From an uncultured Thiothrix sp. (GTDB taxonomy: Bacteria; Pseudomonadota; Gammaproteobacteria; Poriferisulfidales; GCA-002705445), in NCBI GenBank assembly GCA_902595225.1, contig CACJPG010000002.1, forward strand, positions 137,675 to 201,674: 64,000 nucleotides of DNA, given 5' to 3'. A model generated the notes under the pieces. That model was not told where the DNA came from and searched no databases. It worked only from the letters and a program-made list of their open reading frames with translations. This document shows, one piece after another, positions 30,776-40,714 of the stretch. Numbering within the stretch: position 1 is the stretch's first letter; every line of letters starts with the position of its first letter. A program made the position numbers and the translations under genes.

Positions 30776-31707
30776 AAAAAGAAAATATAATTTCTTTGAA
30801 AAAAGAGTATATTGAACATATTGGAAGTGTCTTAAATTATTCGCCAAATACTATAAACTCTTATGGGAGAGACCTAGAATTTTTTATTAAATTTTGCAAT
30901 AAGATTAAGATTAACAGTATTTCTATCCTTGACGAAAAAATAATAAGAGATTTTGTATCTCATCTTCATCGGAATGGGATCAGCCCAAAATCTATTAAAA
31001 GGAATCTATCAAGCCTTCGAGGATTTTTTAATTTTTTGTTAAGAAAAAAATTAATTTATAAGAATTTTGCGGAAAACATAAAGTCTCCTAAAGCGGAAAA
31101 GCATTTACCTGAAGTTTTACAACATAAAGATATTGACTTGTTAGCAAGTAAAAGTCATAAAAAAGAAGGCACATATAAGAATCAAGATCTTTTGATTAGA
31201 GATTTAGCAATCTTTGAATTATTTTATTCATCTGGCTTACGCCTTAGTGAATTGTCTGACGTTCAATTCTCAAATATAAATTTCAGTGATGCAATTATTA
31301 GAATAATTGGCAAGGGTAAGAAAACACGATTAATACCCCTCGGCTCAAAAGCTATAGAAGCTATTAAGGCGTGGATAGAAATTAGGAAAAAATTTGATAC
31401 TAAAAATTCAGAACATATATTTATAGGCACGAATGGTAAGAAATTATCTACCAGAAGTATACAACTGAGGATGAATTTGTTGGCAAAAGCCTCAGGTATT
31501 GAACAAAATTTATATCCGCATAAACTAAGACATACTGTTGCAACCCATCTTTTAGAGTCTTCAGGAAATATTAGGGCGGTTCAAGAGTTTCTTGGTCATG
31601 AGAATATCAGCACAACACAAATATATACACATTTAGATAATCAGTATCTAATGACTGTTTATGATAAAGTACATCCTAGGTCAAAAAAAACAAATAAAGA
31701 GGAATAA
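30772..31707 (+). CDS. xerC: tyrosine recombinase XerC
   Basis: 311 aa. R..HxxR..Y catalytic set (GLRLSEL, HKLRHTVATHLL, LGHENISTTQIYTHL). Assigned as XerC rather than XerD from the dapF-yigA-xerC synteny. Confidence 0.88.
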   Translation: MKKENIISLKKEYIEHIGSVLNYSPNTINSYGRDLEFFIKFCNKIKINSISILDEKIIRDFVSHLHRNGISPKSIKRNLSSLRGFFNFLLRKKLIYKNFAENIKSPKAEKHLPEVLQHKDIDLLASKSHKKEGTYKNQDLLIRDLAIFELFYSSGLRLSELSDVQFSNINFSDAIIRIIGKGKKTRLIPLGSKAIEAIKAWIEIRKKFDTKNSEHIFIGTNGKKLSTRSIQLRMNLLAKASGIEQNLYPHKLRHTVATHLLESSGNIRAVQEFLGHENISTTQIYTHLDNQYLMTVYDKVHPRSKKTNKEE

Positions 31708-31709
31708 AA

Positions 31710-32069
31710 ATGGCTGTGAATGTACCAGTAGAGATAAATCTGCATCAGCAATCATCATATTTAACTCTGAAGTATGAAAATGAATCTTTTGATTTAGCTG
31801 CAGAGTATTTAAGAGTTTATTCTCCATCAGCAGAAGTTATGGGTCATGGACCTGGGCAAGAAAAATTACAAATTGGCAAAGAAAATGTGTCAATACAAAA
31901 TATTGTTCCTGTTGGTAACTACGCAATTCAAATTGTTTATGATGACGGTCACGATACAGGTATTTACTCTTGGGAATACTTGTATGAGTTAGGGAGTGAA
32001 TATGCTGAAAAATGGAGTACTTATTTGCAGAAGTTAAAGGAAGCTGGCTATGAGCGAGTTAAACAATAA
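31710..32069 (+). CDS. DUF971 family protein
   Basis: 119 aa. LRVYSPSAEV...GNYAIQIVYDDGHDTGIYSWEYLYELG matches the DUF971 (gamma-butyrobetaine hydroxylase N-terminal-like) pattern. Overlaps ubiE by 20 nt. Confidence 0.75.
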   Translation: MAVNVPVEINLHQQSSYLTLKYENESFDLAAEYLRVYSPSAEVMGHGPGQEKLQIGKENVSIQNIVPVGNYAIQIVYDDGHDTGIYSWEYLYELGSEYAEKWSTYLQKLKEAGYERVKQ

Positions 32070-32805
32070 TAAAACAACAAATTTTGGATTTAAGAAAGTA
32101 TCAGAAGAAGAAAAAGTTTCTCTTGTGAACAATGTTTTTACTTCAGTAACAAAAAATTATGATCTAATGAATGATCTAATGTCATTTGGGCTTCACAGAG
32201 TGTGGAAGGATTATTTTTTGCATTGCTCAAATATAAAATCTGGAGATACAGTTTTAGACTTAGCTGCAGGCACGGGAGATGTAACTAAATTAATTCATAA
32301 AATAGTTGGAGACAAGGGCCATGTAATATCATGCGATATAAATTTTGATATGATAGAACATGGAAGAAATAATTTAATTGATAAAGGAATAATAAAAAAC
32401 ATAGATTATGTTCAATCGGATGCTTTAAATCTAGCTTTTAAAACTAATTCTTTTGATCATGTCACCATGGCATTTGGTTTAAGAAATACCGCAAATATTG
32501 GAAACGCTTTGGAATCGATATATAGGGTAATTAGACCGGGAGGATCAATTCAGATTTTAGAATTCTCGACGCCCGAAAAGATTATTGAGAAACCATATAG
32601 TCTTTTTCTAAAGAACTTTATTCCAAATTTGGGAAGTTTTATAGCTAAGGATAAGGCTAGTTACGAATATTTAGCAGAATCTATAAAAACCCATCCATCA
32701 CAGACAGAAATACTTGAACTCATGAATAAGTCAGGCTTTATAAATAGCAAATATAATAATTTATTATTTGGCGTCGTAGCGATACATAGAGGTTATAAAA
32801 TATAA
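32050..32805 (+). CDS. ubiE: ubiquinone/menaquinone C-methyltransferase
   Basis: 251 aa. TNFGFKKV...VFTSVTKNYDLMNDLMSFGLHRVWK and the SAM motif VLDLAAGTGD. Confidence 0.93.
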   Translation: MSELNNNKTTNFGFKKVSEEEKVSLVNNVFTSVTKNYDLMNDLMSFGLHRVWKDYFLHCSNIKSGDTVLDLAAGTGDVTKLIHKIVGDKGHVISCDINFDMIEHGRNNLIDKGIIKNIDYVQSDALNLAFKTNSFDHVTMAFGLRNTANIGNALESIYRVIRPGGSIQILEFSTPEKIIEKPYSLFLKNFIPNLGSFIAKDKASYEYLAESIKTHPSQTEILELMNKSGFINSKYNNLLFGVVAIHRGYKI

Positions 32806-32808
32806 ATA

Positions 32809-33381
32809 ATGAGAGAAAAGCTTAACAAATTAATCTCAATAGCTATTGAGAATAGTAATCTAGACGATAAAGATTTTTCTAAATTAAATGGAAAAGTTAT
32901 TTTGATAGATTTAAAAAATACTAATACAGATATTTATTTTCTAGTTGAAAATAACTGTATTTCAATCATCGAGAATGCTGATGTTGAACCAAACCTTATA
33001 TTAGAAGGAACTCCAATAGGCTTCATTAATTATACAAATAATTTTGGTAACGAACACAATATTAAAATATCTGGAGATGCTTCATTAGCAGAAAGTTTTT
33101 CGAAGCTTGCTGAGAAAACGAATATAGATTGGGAAAGTATAATTGCAGAATACATGAATGATGACGTTGCATTCTATTCTTCCAAAATATTTGAGTATGT
33201 GAAAACAAGACGGGAAGAAGTAGGAAGTAGCATTGAAAGAAATATAAAAGAGTATCTAAAAGATGAGACTGACATAATACCTACGAAGGAAGAAATTACG
33301 AATTATGTCAGCGATGTTGATAAAGTAAGACAAAAATTAGATCTTTTAACAGCAAAATTAAATAAAATTAAATCAAAATGA
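32809..33381 (+). CDS. ubiJ: ubiquinone biosynthesis accessory factor UbiJ (SCP2 domain)
   Basis: 190 aa. SCP2-like N-half and helical C-tail. Conserved position between ubiE and ubiB. Confidence 0.6.
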   Translation: MREKLNKLISIAIENSNLDDKDFSKLNGKVILIDLKNTNTDIYFLVENNCISIIENADVEPNLILEGTPIGFINYTNNFGNEHNIKISGDASLAESFSKLAEKTNIDWESIIAEYMNDDVAFYSSKIFEYVKTRREEVGSSIERNIKEYLKDETDIIPTKEEITNYVSDVDKVRQKLDLLTAKLNKIKSK

Positions 33382-34910
33382 AGAAAATTCTAAGACTATT
33401 TAAAATTTATGTTGTCATAATGAAAAATTCATTAGATAAGGATTTATTTAATTTTAAATTTTTGTGGGTATTAAAATTTTTTAGAATATTTTTTCCTACT
33501 TTATGGTTTAGAAATAACATGCTATCGAGAGGCGAAAGAATTAAAAATACTTTCGAAGAACTTGGGCCAATATTTGTTAAATTGGGTCAAACAATCTCTA
33601 CAAGAAAAGACTTATTACCTACAGATATTGCGGAGGAACTAGTCAAACTACAAGATAAAGTTAAACCATTTTCGGGAGAGGAAGCTAAAAAAATTATTGA
33701 GTCTTCACTAGGAGACAGTATAGAAAATATTTTTGAAAGCTTTGACATTGAGTGTTTAGCTTCTGCCTCTGTAGCGCAAGTTCATTCTGCAAAACTTGAG
33801 GGGAATGATGTAATTATAAAAGTACTCAGGCCAAATATCGAAAAATTGATAAGAAAAGATATTGATCTAATGTATTTTATCGCCAAAACTATAGATAAGT
33901 TTTGGGAGGAGTCGAAAAGACTAAAACCAATAGAGATTGTTGCTGAATATGAGAAAGTAATATTTGGTGAGCTAGACCTTGTGAAAGAAGCATCAAATGC
34001 AAACCTTCTAAAACGAAACTTTTCTGAATCATCTTATCTCTATGTTCCTGAAATATACTGGGATTATACAAGAGATAACGTTTTGGTAATGGAGAGAATT
34101 TTTGGCATACAAATAAGTAACATCGAAGAGTTGAATAAAAATAAAATAAACATTAAAAGACTTGCCGAGAAAGGCGTTGAAATATTCTTTACGCAGGTAT
34201 TTCAACACAACTTTTTTCATGCAGATATGCATCCAGGAAATATATTTGTATCTTACGAAAATCCAGATGATCCAAAATACTGTGCAGTCGATTTTGGAAT
34301 TATGGGATCTTTATCAGAAAGTGACCAAAAATATCTAGCTTTAAATTTTCAAGCATTCTTTCAAAGAGATTACAAAAAAGTTGCAGAACTCCACGTAGAT
34401 TCAGGATGGGTTGGCGAAAATACAAGAGTAGATGAATTTGAAAATTCTATAAGAAGCGTATGTGAGCCAATTTTTGAGAAACCACTAAAAGAAATATCTT
34501 TTGGTAATTTACTTCTTCGACTATTTTCTGTTGCAAGACAATATGAAATGACTGTTCAGCCTCAACTTGTTTTACTACAGAAAACTTTATTGAATATTGA
34601 GGGCCTAGGAAGAGATTTATATCCTGAACTTGATTTATGGGTAACCGCAAAACCTTTTTTCGAAAAGTGGGCAAGAGAGAATAATAGTGTAAGCGCGTTC
34701 CTTAGAAAAATTTCAAAAAATAGCCCCAAATTGATAAATGAATTAAGTGAATTACCAGATACGCTCTCTTTGTTTAGAAAGCAGTTACAAGATAATGAAG
34801 TTAGAAAAGAAATTAATAATTTAAAATCTGAAATAAAAGACTCAAAAATCAAAAACGCGATATTATTAATAATTATTTTTTCAATGGTTTTGTTTGAGTT
34901 TAGTCAATAA
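33378..34910 (+). CDS. ubiB: ubiquinone biosynthesis protein kinase-like UbiB (ABC1/ADCK family)
   Basis: 510 aa. ABC1 motifs (LGPIFVKLGQ, ASASVAQVH.A, HADMHPGNIF) and a C-terminal TM span. Confidence 0.9.
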   Translation: MKKILRLFKIYVVIMKNSLDKDLFNFKFLWVLKFFRIFFPTLWFRNNMLSRGERIKNTFEELGPIFVKLGQTISTRKDLLPTDIAEELVKLQDKVKPFSGEEAKKIIESSLGDSIENIFESFDIECLASASVAQVHSAKLEGNDVIIKVLRPNIEKLIRKDIDLMYFIAKTIDKFWEESKRLKPIEIVAEYEKVIFGELDLVKEASNANLLKRNFSESSYLYVPEIYWDYTRDNVLVMERIFGIQISNIEELNKNKINIKRLAEKGVEIFFTQVFQHNFFHADMHPGNIFVSYENPDDPKYCAVDFGIMGSLSESDQKYLALNFQAFFQRDYKKVAELHVDSGWVGENTRVDEFENSIRSVCEPIFEKPLKEISFGNLLLRLFSVARQYEMTVQPQLVLLQKTLLNIEGLGRDLYPELDLWVTAKPFFEKWARENNSVSAFLRKISKNSPKLINELSELPDTLSLFRKQLQDNEVRKEINNLKSEIKDSKIKNAILLIIIFSMVLFEFSQ

Positions 34911-34913
34911 AAA

Positions 34914-37061
34914 ATGATTACAAATTACACTTTGGATAATCTAAATGAGGCACAAAGAGACGCAGTCTGCAGTTTGTCTCTAAATAGTTTAGTCATAGCA
35001 GGTGCTGGAAGCGGCAAAACTAGAGTTTTAATCCAAAGAATTTTATGGCTAATTGAAGATAATAACTTTTCACCCTTTTCAATATTAGCGGTTACATTTA
35101 CAAATAAAGCTGCAAAAGAAATAAAATCTAGATTATCAGAAAGTTTGGATACAAACATTGAAAGTATGTGGGTAGGGACTTTTCATGGCATATGCTACAG
35201 AATTTTAAGAACCAACTTTAAGGAAGTAGATTTACCTAAAAACTTTCAAATAATAGACTCAGATGATCAAGTTAGAATTATCAAAAGAATAATGAAGGAT
35301 AATGAGATAGAAAATTCACAAATAATCCCAAAACAAGTAGCTTGGTATATAAATAATAAAAAAGATCAGAGCATTCGAAGTGATAAAGTAAGTGATGATG
35401 ATTTTTTGAGCATTCAATACAATAAAATTTATAAAATATATGAAGAATATTGTAATTCCAGCGGTCTAGTTGATTTTGGTGAAATTATTTTAAGAACATT
35501 AGAACTTCTTCAAAAAAATGATGAAAAGAGAAAATATTACAATAATTTGTTCAGATCAATATTGATAGATGAATTTCAAGATACAAATACAATTCAGTAC
35601 CAATTAATAAAAGTTCTGGCAGGAAATAGTTCTTCAATTTTCGCAGTTGGTGATGATGACCAATCAATTTATGGATGGAGGGGTGCAAAAGTTGAAAATA
35701 TTAAAAAGCTTCAAAAGGATTTTAAAGATATTGAGGTTTTCAGATTAGAGCAAAATTATAGATCGACTGGTAATATTCTTGAAGCAGCAAATAATATTAT
35801 TTTGAATAATGATTCAAGAATGGGTAAAAATTTGTGGACTGAGGATAAAAGTGGAGATCTTGTTAAAATATTTTCAGCATCTGATGAGACAGAAGAAGCA
35901 AATTTCGTTATTGATACTCTACAAAATTTTGTTTCGGAAGATTATAGTAAAAACGAAATTGCAATTTTATATCGGTCCAACGCTCAGTCTAGAATCTTTG
36001 AAGAGAAGCTAATTGCCAATGGCATTCCATATAGAATCTACGGGGGTTTTAGATTCTTTGAGCGAGCAGAAATAAAAGATGTTATTGCATACATGCGTCT
36101 AGCTGTTACAAATAGTGACAATAATTCCTTTGAGAGAATTGTTAATAATCCACCGCGAGGAATCGGTGAGAAGACAAAAAATATTTTAAGAAGTATCGCA
36201 AAGGAAAAAAATAAATCCCTTTATGAATCCGCAAAGGAAGCTATTGAAAATTCCTTAGTGCCGAATAAAGCAATGCATTCTTTAATTGAATTTCTTAATA
36301 TTATCGAGACAATCTCAAGCATCCTACAAAAAGATGAATTGCCTCATCAAATCAGCGAGATCATAAAAATTACAGGAATAAAATCGGTTTATGAAAAAAG
36401 TAAATCTGAACAATCAAGATCTAAATTAGAAAATTTGGATGAATTAGTCTCAGCAGCACATGAATTTGTTCATGTAGATTTAGAAGAAAATGAAACCATC
36501 ATTGATGCCTTTTTAACTCACACATCTTTAGAGTCAGGAGAAGGACAAGGAAACGAGTGGGATGACTGTATACAACTTATGACCTTGCATTCTTCTAAAG
36601 GCTTAGAATTTCCAATTGTTTTTTTAGTTGGACTCGAAGAAAATCTATTTCCAAGCAGAATGTCCATAGAGGAAGATAATCTTGAAGAAGAAAGAAGGCT
36701 TTGTTATGTGGGGATTACTCGAGCTAGGAAGAAGTTATATATTTCGCACGCGCAGATAAGAAGACAGTATGGGACAGATAACTATTGCATGCCGTCAAGA
36801 TTTTTAAATGAAATTCCTGAAAACGTCGTTGAGGAAATAGGACATAAATCTAAAATGTTTTTCAAAAAAAATGGAATCTTTCAAGAAAATGATCATAAGG
36901 GCTTATCATTAACTGGAAAAAGAGTTATACACAAAAAATTTGGAGAAGGTATAGTTACAGCTATAGAAGGAAGCGACGCTAATACAAGAGTTCAGGTGTC
37001 TTTTGATGATGTAGGAACCAAATGGTTGATTTTAGCAATTTCAAATTTAGAAATTTTATAA
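34914..37061 (+). CDS. uvrD: DNA helicase II
   Basis: 715 aa. SF1 motifs AGAGSGKT, DEFQDTN, and YRS..NIL. The size fits UvrD rather than Rep. Confidence 0.88.
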   Translation: MITNYTLDNLNEAQRDAVCSLSLNSLVIAGAGSGKTRVLIQRILWLIEDNNFSPFSILAVTFTNKAAKEIKSRLSESLDTNIESMWVGTFHGICYRILRTNFKEVDLPKNFQIIDSDDQVRIIKRIMKDNEIENSQIIPKQVAWYINNKKDQSIRSDKVSDDDFLSIQYNKIYKIYEEYCNSSGLVDFGEIILRTLELLQKNDEKRKYYNNLFRSILIDEFQDTNTIQYQLIKVLAGNSSSIFAVGDDDQSIYGWRGAKVENIKKLQKDFKDIEVFRLEQNYRSTGNILEAANNIILNNDSRMGKNLWTEDKSGDLVKIFSASDETEEANFVIDTLQNFVSEDYSKNEIAILYRSNAQSRIFEEKLIANGIPYRIYGGFRFFERAEIKDVIAYMRLAVTNSDNNSFERIVNNPPRGIGEKTKNILRSIAKEKNKSLYESAKEAIENSLVPNKAMHSLIEFLNIIETISSILQKDELPHQISEIIKITGIKSVYEKSKSEQSRSKLENLDELVSAAHEFVHVDLEENETIIDAFLTHTSLESGEGQGNEWDDCIQLMTLHSSKGLEFPIVFLVGLEENLFPSRMSIEEDNLEEERRLCYVGITRARKKLYISHAQIRRQYGTDNYCMPSRFLNEIPENVVEEIGHKSKMFFKKNGIFQENDHKGLSLTGKRVIHKKFGEGIVTAIEGSDANTRVQVSFDDVGTKWLILAISNLEIL

Positions 37062-37080
37062 AATACGGGATGATCGACAA

Positions 37081-38151
37081 ATGAAAAGAAGAGATTTTTT
37101 TAAATATTTTAGTACTGCAGCGGTATTAAGCGCTCTTCCCTCCTTATCAAAAGCAAAGAAACCTGAATTTAATTGGAAAATGGTCACTACATGGCCCAAA
37201 AATTTTCCTGGCCTTGGAACTGGAGCTCAGTTTCTGGCTGATAAGATTCAAGAATTATCTGGTGGACGAATTAAAGTTACAGTTTATGGCGCAGGTGAGC
37301 TTGTTCCAGCATTCGAAATTTTTGACGCAGTATCAAATGGAGTAGCTGAACTTGGCCATGGGTCAGCTTACTATTGGAAAGGAAAAAACGATACTTTTCA
37401 ATTTTTTTCTACAGTGCCTTTTGGAATGACTTCAAGCGAAATGAATGCATGGCTTTATAAAGGTGGAGGAATGGAGTTTTGGAAAAAAGCATACTCACCT
37501 TTTAATTTAATACCTATGGCAGCAGGAAACTCTGGAGTACAGATGGGGGGTTGGTTTAATAAGGAAATAAATTCTTTAGAAGACTTAAAAGGATTGAAGA
37601 TGCGAATACCTGGACTTGGTGGGGAGGTTTTGAAAAGAGCCGGAGGCACTCCTGTAAATCTTCCTGGTGGTGAGCTCTTCACAGCATTAAAGACAGGTAC
37701 AATAGATGCTACGGAATGGGTTGGTCCATATAATGATCTAGCATTTGGGCTTCATAAGGCTGCAAAATATTATTACTATCCAGGTTGGCATGAGCCTGGA
37801 ACAACTATTGAATGTTTTATGAATGCTAACAAGTTTTCGGAATTACCTGAGGACTTACAGAAAATTGTTATAGGAGCTGCAAAAATAGCAAATATGGATA
37901 TGTTGTGCGAATTTATTTCAAGAAATAATGATGCTTTAGAAATTTTGAAAAACAAGCATAAGGTTGATATCAGGCAATATCCAGATGAAGTATTAAAAGA
38001 ACTTTATAATATATCAAAGATAGTTGTAAAAGAGCTTTCATTAAAAGATGATTTTGCTATGCAAGTGTATGAGTCCTATAGCTCGTTTCAAAAGAAAACA
38101 ACAAACTGGAATGAAATATCTATAAAGCCCTATTTAAATATATTAGAATAG
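37081..38151 (+). CDS. dctP: TRAP transporter substrate-binding protein (DctP family, Tat-type signal)
   Basis: 356 aa. MKRRDFFKY twin-arginine signal. WPKNFPGLGTGAQ, QMGGWFNKEI and EWVGPYND match what I recall of the COG4663-type TRAP receptors. Confidence 0.85.
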   Translation: MKRRDFFKYFSTAAVLSALPSLSKAKKPEFNWKMVTTWPKNFPGLGTGAQFLADKIQELSGGRIKVTVYGAGELVPAFEIFDAVSNGVAELGHGSAYYWKGKNDTFQFFSTVPFGMTSSEMNAWLYKGGGMEFWKKAYSPFNLIPMAAGNSGVQMGGWFNKEINSLEDLKGLKMRIPGLGGEVLKRAGGTPVNLPGGELFTALKTGTIDATEWVGPYNDLAFGLHKAAKYYYYPGWHEPGTTIECFMNANKFSELPEDLQKIVIGAAKIANMDMLCEFISRNNDALEILKNKHKVDIRQYPDEVLKELYNISKIVVKELSLKDDFAMQVYESYSSFQKKTTNWNEISIKPYLNILE

Positions 38152-38229
38152 AAATTCTGTACCTAAATCCTATATTGCGATAATATATACATAATATATT
38201 AAGAATTATAAGAACACTCGGGGAAAAAA

Positions 38230-38847
38230 ATGCACGAATTACTTTTAAATCAATGGTTTATGTACACATCGTTATTTCTAAACGCTGTTGTGGCAGGCCA
38301 CATTTTATGGTTCGCAATAAATATTTCAAACTCAAAAATTTTAAGAGCTGCTGTTTTTATCTTAGGAGCGGCATACGCAATCTCTTGTGGTGGGATTTTT
38401 AAAGCACCTGGTTTTATTGTTAATCCACAGGTAATTGTTTTCTGGTTATTTGTAAACTCTTTAATCGGTCTTTACATGTTTGCTTCACTTTTTAAAACTT
38501 TAAAAATTCATAGTTTAGTAACATACGCAGCAATGGCTATGGCCTTGATAGGTTCTTATACAGTTTTTACTGGTATTCTCGAATTTGGTATGCGTTACAT
38601 GCCTGCAATCATGTTCTTTACAATTTGTATTTATACTGGAGTGGGAACAATAATTTATCAGTTAAAGATGGGTAAAATGCAAAGGCTGCAAAAAAGGTTA
38701 TCTTACTTAGGTATTGCGCTTGTGTTTACTTTAGTTTCTTTAAATGCTTTTGATACATACCAATTAGTTAGAGAAACGGCCTATACTGATGTTTCAGAAG
38801 GTTGGGAAGGTGGAATAACCGAGCAGCAGGACGAACTATCTAATTAA
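38230..38847 (+). CDS. hypothetical integral membrane protein (six predicted TM spans, acidic C-tail)
   Basis: 205 aa with GGGGA SD-like sequence. Six hydrophobic stretches of about 20 aa. Tail is EGWEGGITEQQDELSN. No family recognised. Sits between dctP and the convergent dctM. Confidence 0.7.
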   Translation: MHELLLNQWFMYTSLFLNAVVAGHILWFAINISNSKILRAAVFILGAAYAISCGGIFKAPGFIVNPQVIVFWLFVNSLIGLYMFASLFKTLKIHSLVTYAAMAMALIGSYTVFTGILEFGMRYMPAIMFFTICIYTGVGTIIYQLKMGKMQRLQKRLSYLGIALVFTLVSLNAFDTYQLVRETAYTDVSEGWEGGITEQQDELSN

Positions 38848-38857
38848 TTTTTCTATT

Positions 38858-40216
38858 TTAGCCAAAAATTTTATTTGGTAACCAAGTCGTTAACTCTGGA
38901 TACAAAACAATTATAATTATTGTAATGACTTGAATTAAAATAAAGGGGATTACCCCTTTATAAATTTCTAAAGTATTTATTTCTTTTGGTATTACACTTT
39001 TTAAATAAAAAATAGCAAAACCAAATGGAGGCGTTAGAAAGGATGTTTGTAAATTAATTGCTATGAGAATGCCAAGCCATATTGGGTCAATTCCCATGGC
39101 AAGCAAAACTGGCGCGACTACAGGGACAACAACATAGGTAATTTCTATAAAATCTAAAATAAATCCAAGCAAAAATATCGTAGCCATAACAATAAAAACC
39201 TTAAAATATACATCTCCAGGTAAATCTGAGAGAAACTCATTCACAAAAACGTCTCCCTCAAGACCTCGAAAAACAAGTGAGAAAATTGTTGCACCAATTA
39301 GTAAAATAAAAATCATACTTGTTATCTTTGAGGTTTGAATAAGTATATCCTTTAAAATTTGGACATTTAATTTCTTATTTATGTAAGAAAGAAAAATTGA
39401 TCCAAGAGCACCAAATGATGAAGCTTCAGTTGGCGTTGCAATGCCAAGAATTATTGTGCCAAGTACGATTAGAATTAAAAATAAGGGCGCATACAGAGAT
39501 AATAATATTTTCTTAAAATTAAGCTTTTCTTTTATTACATTTTTAGGAATTAAATCCTCTCTGAAATATGATACAAATAAAATAAATAAAATATAAAATC
39601 CTACAAGAATTAAACCTGGGAAAATCGCACCAGCAAATAGGTCTCCTACAGAAACACTTTCTTGAGAAAAAATACCCTGCATATTTTGAGCCTCTTGATA
39701 AGAAGACGATATAACATCTCCTAAAAGAATTAAAACAATAGAAGGAGGAATTATTTGACCAAGAGTTCCCGATGCTAATATAGTCCCTGTAGCAATTTTT
39801 TTGTCATAGTTTTGCTTTAGCATTGACGGGAGAGATAATAGTCCCATTGTTACAACTGTTGCACCTACTATTCCAGTGCTAGCTGCCAATAATGCTCCAA
39901 CAATGATTACTGAAATACCTAGCCCTCCTTTTATACTGCTGAACAATGCTGACATGCTCTCCAAAAGCTTTTCTGCAATTTTTGATTTCTCAAGAGTTAT
40001 TCCCATAAATATAAAGATTGGAATAGCTACAAGAGTTTCGTTAGTAAGTATTCCAAATATTCTGCTTGGTAATGCATATAAGATTGAAATATCAAAATAA
40101 TTAAAAGTACTGCAAATCAAAGCAAATATTATTGATACTCCTGATAAAGTAAAGGCAACAGGATAGCCAAGCATAAGAGTGAAGATTACAAACAAAAATA
40201 ATAAGAGGGGGAGCAT
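38858..40216 (-). CDS. dctM: TRAP transporter large permease
   Basis: 452 aa with about 12 or more TM spans and typical DctM composition. Immediately downstream of dctQ with a 2-nt gap. Confidence 0.9.
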   Translation of the reverse strand: MLPLLLFLFVIFTLMLGYPVAFTLSGVSIIFALICSTFNYFDISILYALPSRIFGILTNETLVAIPIFIFMGITLEKSKIAEKLLESMSALFSSIKGGLGISVIIVGALLAASTGIVGATVVTMGLLSLPSMLKQNYDKKIATGTILASGTLGQIIPPSIVLILLGDVISSSYQEAQNMQGIFSQESVSVGDLFAGAIFPGLILVGFYILFILFVSYFREDLIPKNVIKEKLNFKKILLSLYAPLFLILIVLGTIILGIATPTEASSFGALGSIFLSYINKKLNVQILKDILIQTSKITSMIFILLIGATIFSLVFRGLEGDVFVNEFLSDLPGDVYFKVFIVMATIFLLGFILDFIEITYVVVPVVAPVLLAMGIDPIWLGILIAINLQTSFLTPPFGFAIFYLKSVIPKEINTLEIYKGVIPFILIQVITIIIIVLYPELTTWLPNKIFG

Positions 40217-40218
40217 TT

Positions 40219-40710
40219 TTAATCCTCCTCTACCAAATTCTTTAAAATTTCAGATACACCCTGAAAAAATAATGTTATAGATAAAAATAATATATATGTC
40301 TTTAAAATGTAAAGTATAGGAAGGCCACCAGCTTCTTTTGAAGATTCAAAAAGAAGAATCGAAGAAATTACATAATCCCAACTAGTAATAAGAATTAAAG
40401 CACATGTAGGGATAAGTAAAAAAAATGTTCCAATTAAGTTTATGTTTTTTTGAGATTTTTTTCCAAAATTACTATAAAAGATATCTATTCTTACGTGTTT
40501 GTCATCTTTTAAAGTGTAAGCAGCTCCAAATGAAAAAACTATAGCATGCAGATAAATAATTATTTCTTGAATTGCAATACTTCCCAGATCAAGAGCATAA
40601 CGCATGAAAGCGACAAGAAAAGTTATAATTATCATTGGAAAAATTAGATAAGCAGTAAAAACACCAAGCTTATTATTTACAAAGTCAATTCGTTGAATAA
40701 TTTTTTTCAT
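40219..40710 (-). CDS. dctQ: TRAP transporter small permease
   Basis: 163 aa with four TM spans, in the position before dctM. Confidence 0.8.
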   Translation of the reverse strand: MKKIIQRIDFVNNKLGVFTAYLIFPMIIITFLVAFMRYALDLGSIAIQEIIIYLHAIVFSFGAAYTLKDDKHVRIDIFYSNFGKKSQKNINLIGTFFLLIPTCALILITSWDYVISSILLFESSKEAGGLPILYILKTYILFLSITLFFQGVSEILKNLVEED

Positions 40711-40714
40711 TTTA

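Noticed and set aside
30772-31707. Tyrosine recombinase as a possible integrase of a mobile element
   Set aside because: The dapF-yigA-xerC synteny and the absence of flanking repeats, tRNA junction or cargo genes identify it as the housekeeping XerC.
34890-34920. SOS (LexA) box upstream of uvrD
   Set aside because: uvrD starts 3 nt after ubiB, and no CTGT-N8-ACAG motif is present. uvrD seems to be read through from the ubi operon.
38170-38215. dif-like site (GCGATAATATATACATAATATATTAAG), considered because xerC is nearby
   Set aside because: The arms do not match the GGTGCGCATAA / TTATGTTAAAT consensus. It is just an AT-only palindrome (TAATATAT-N5-ATATATTA) in a promoter region.
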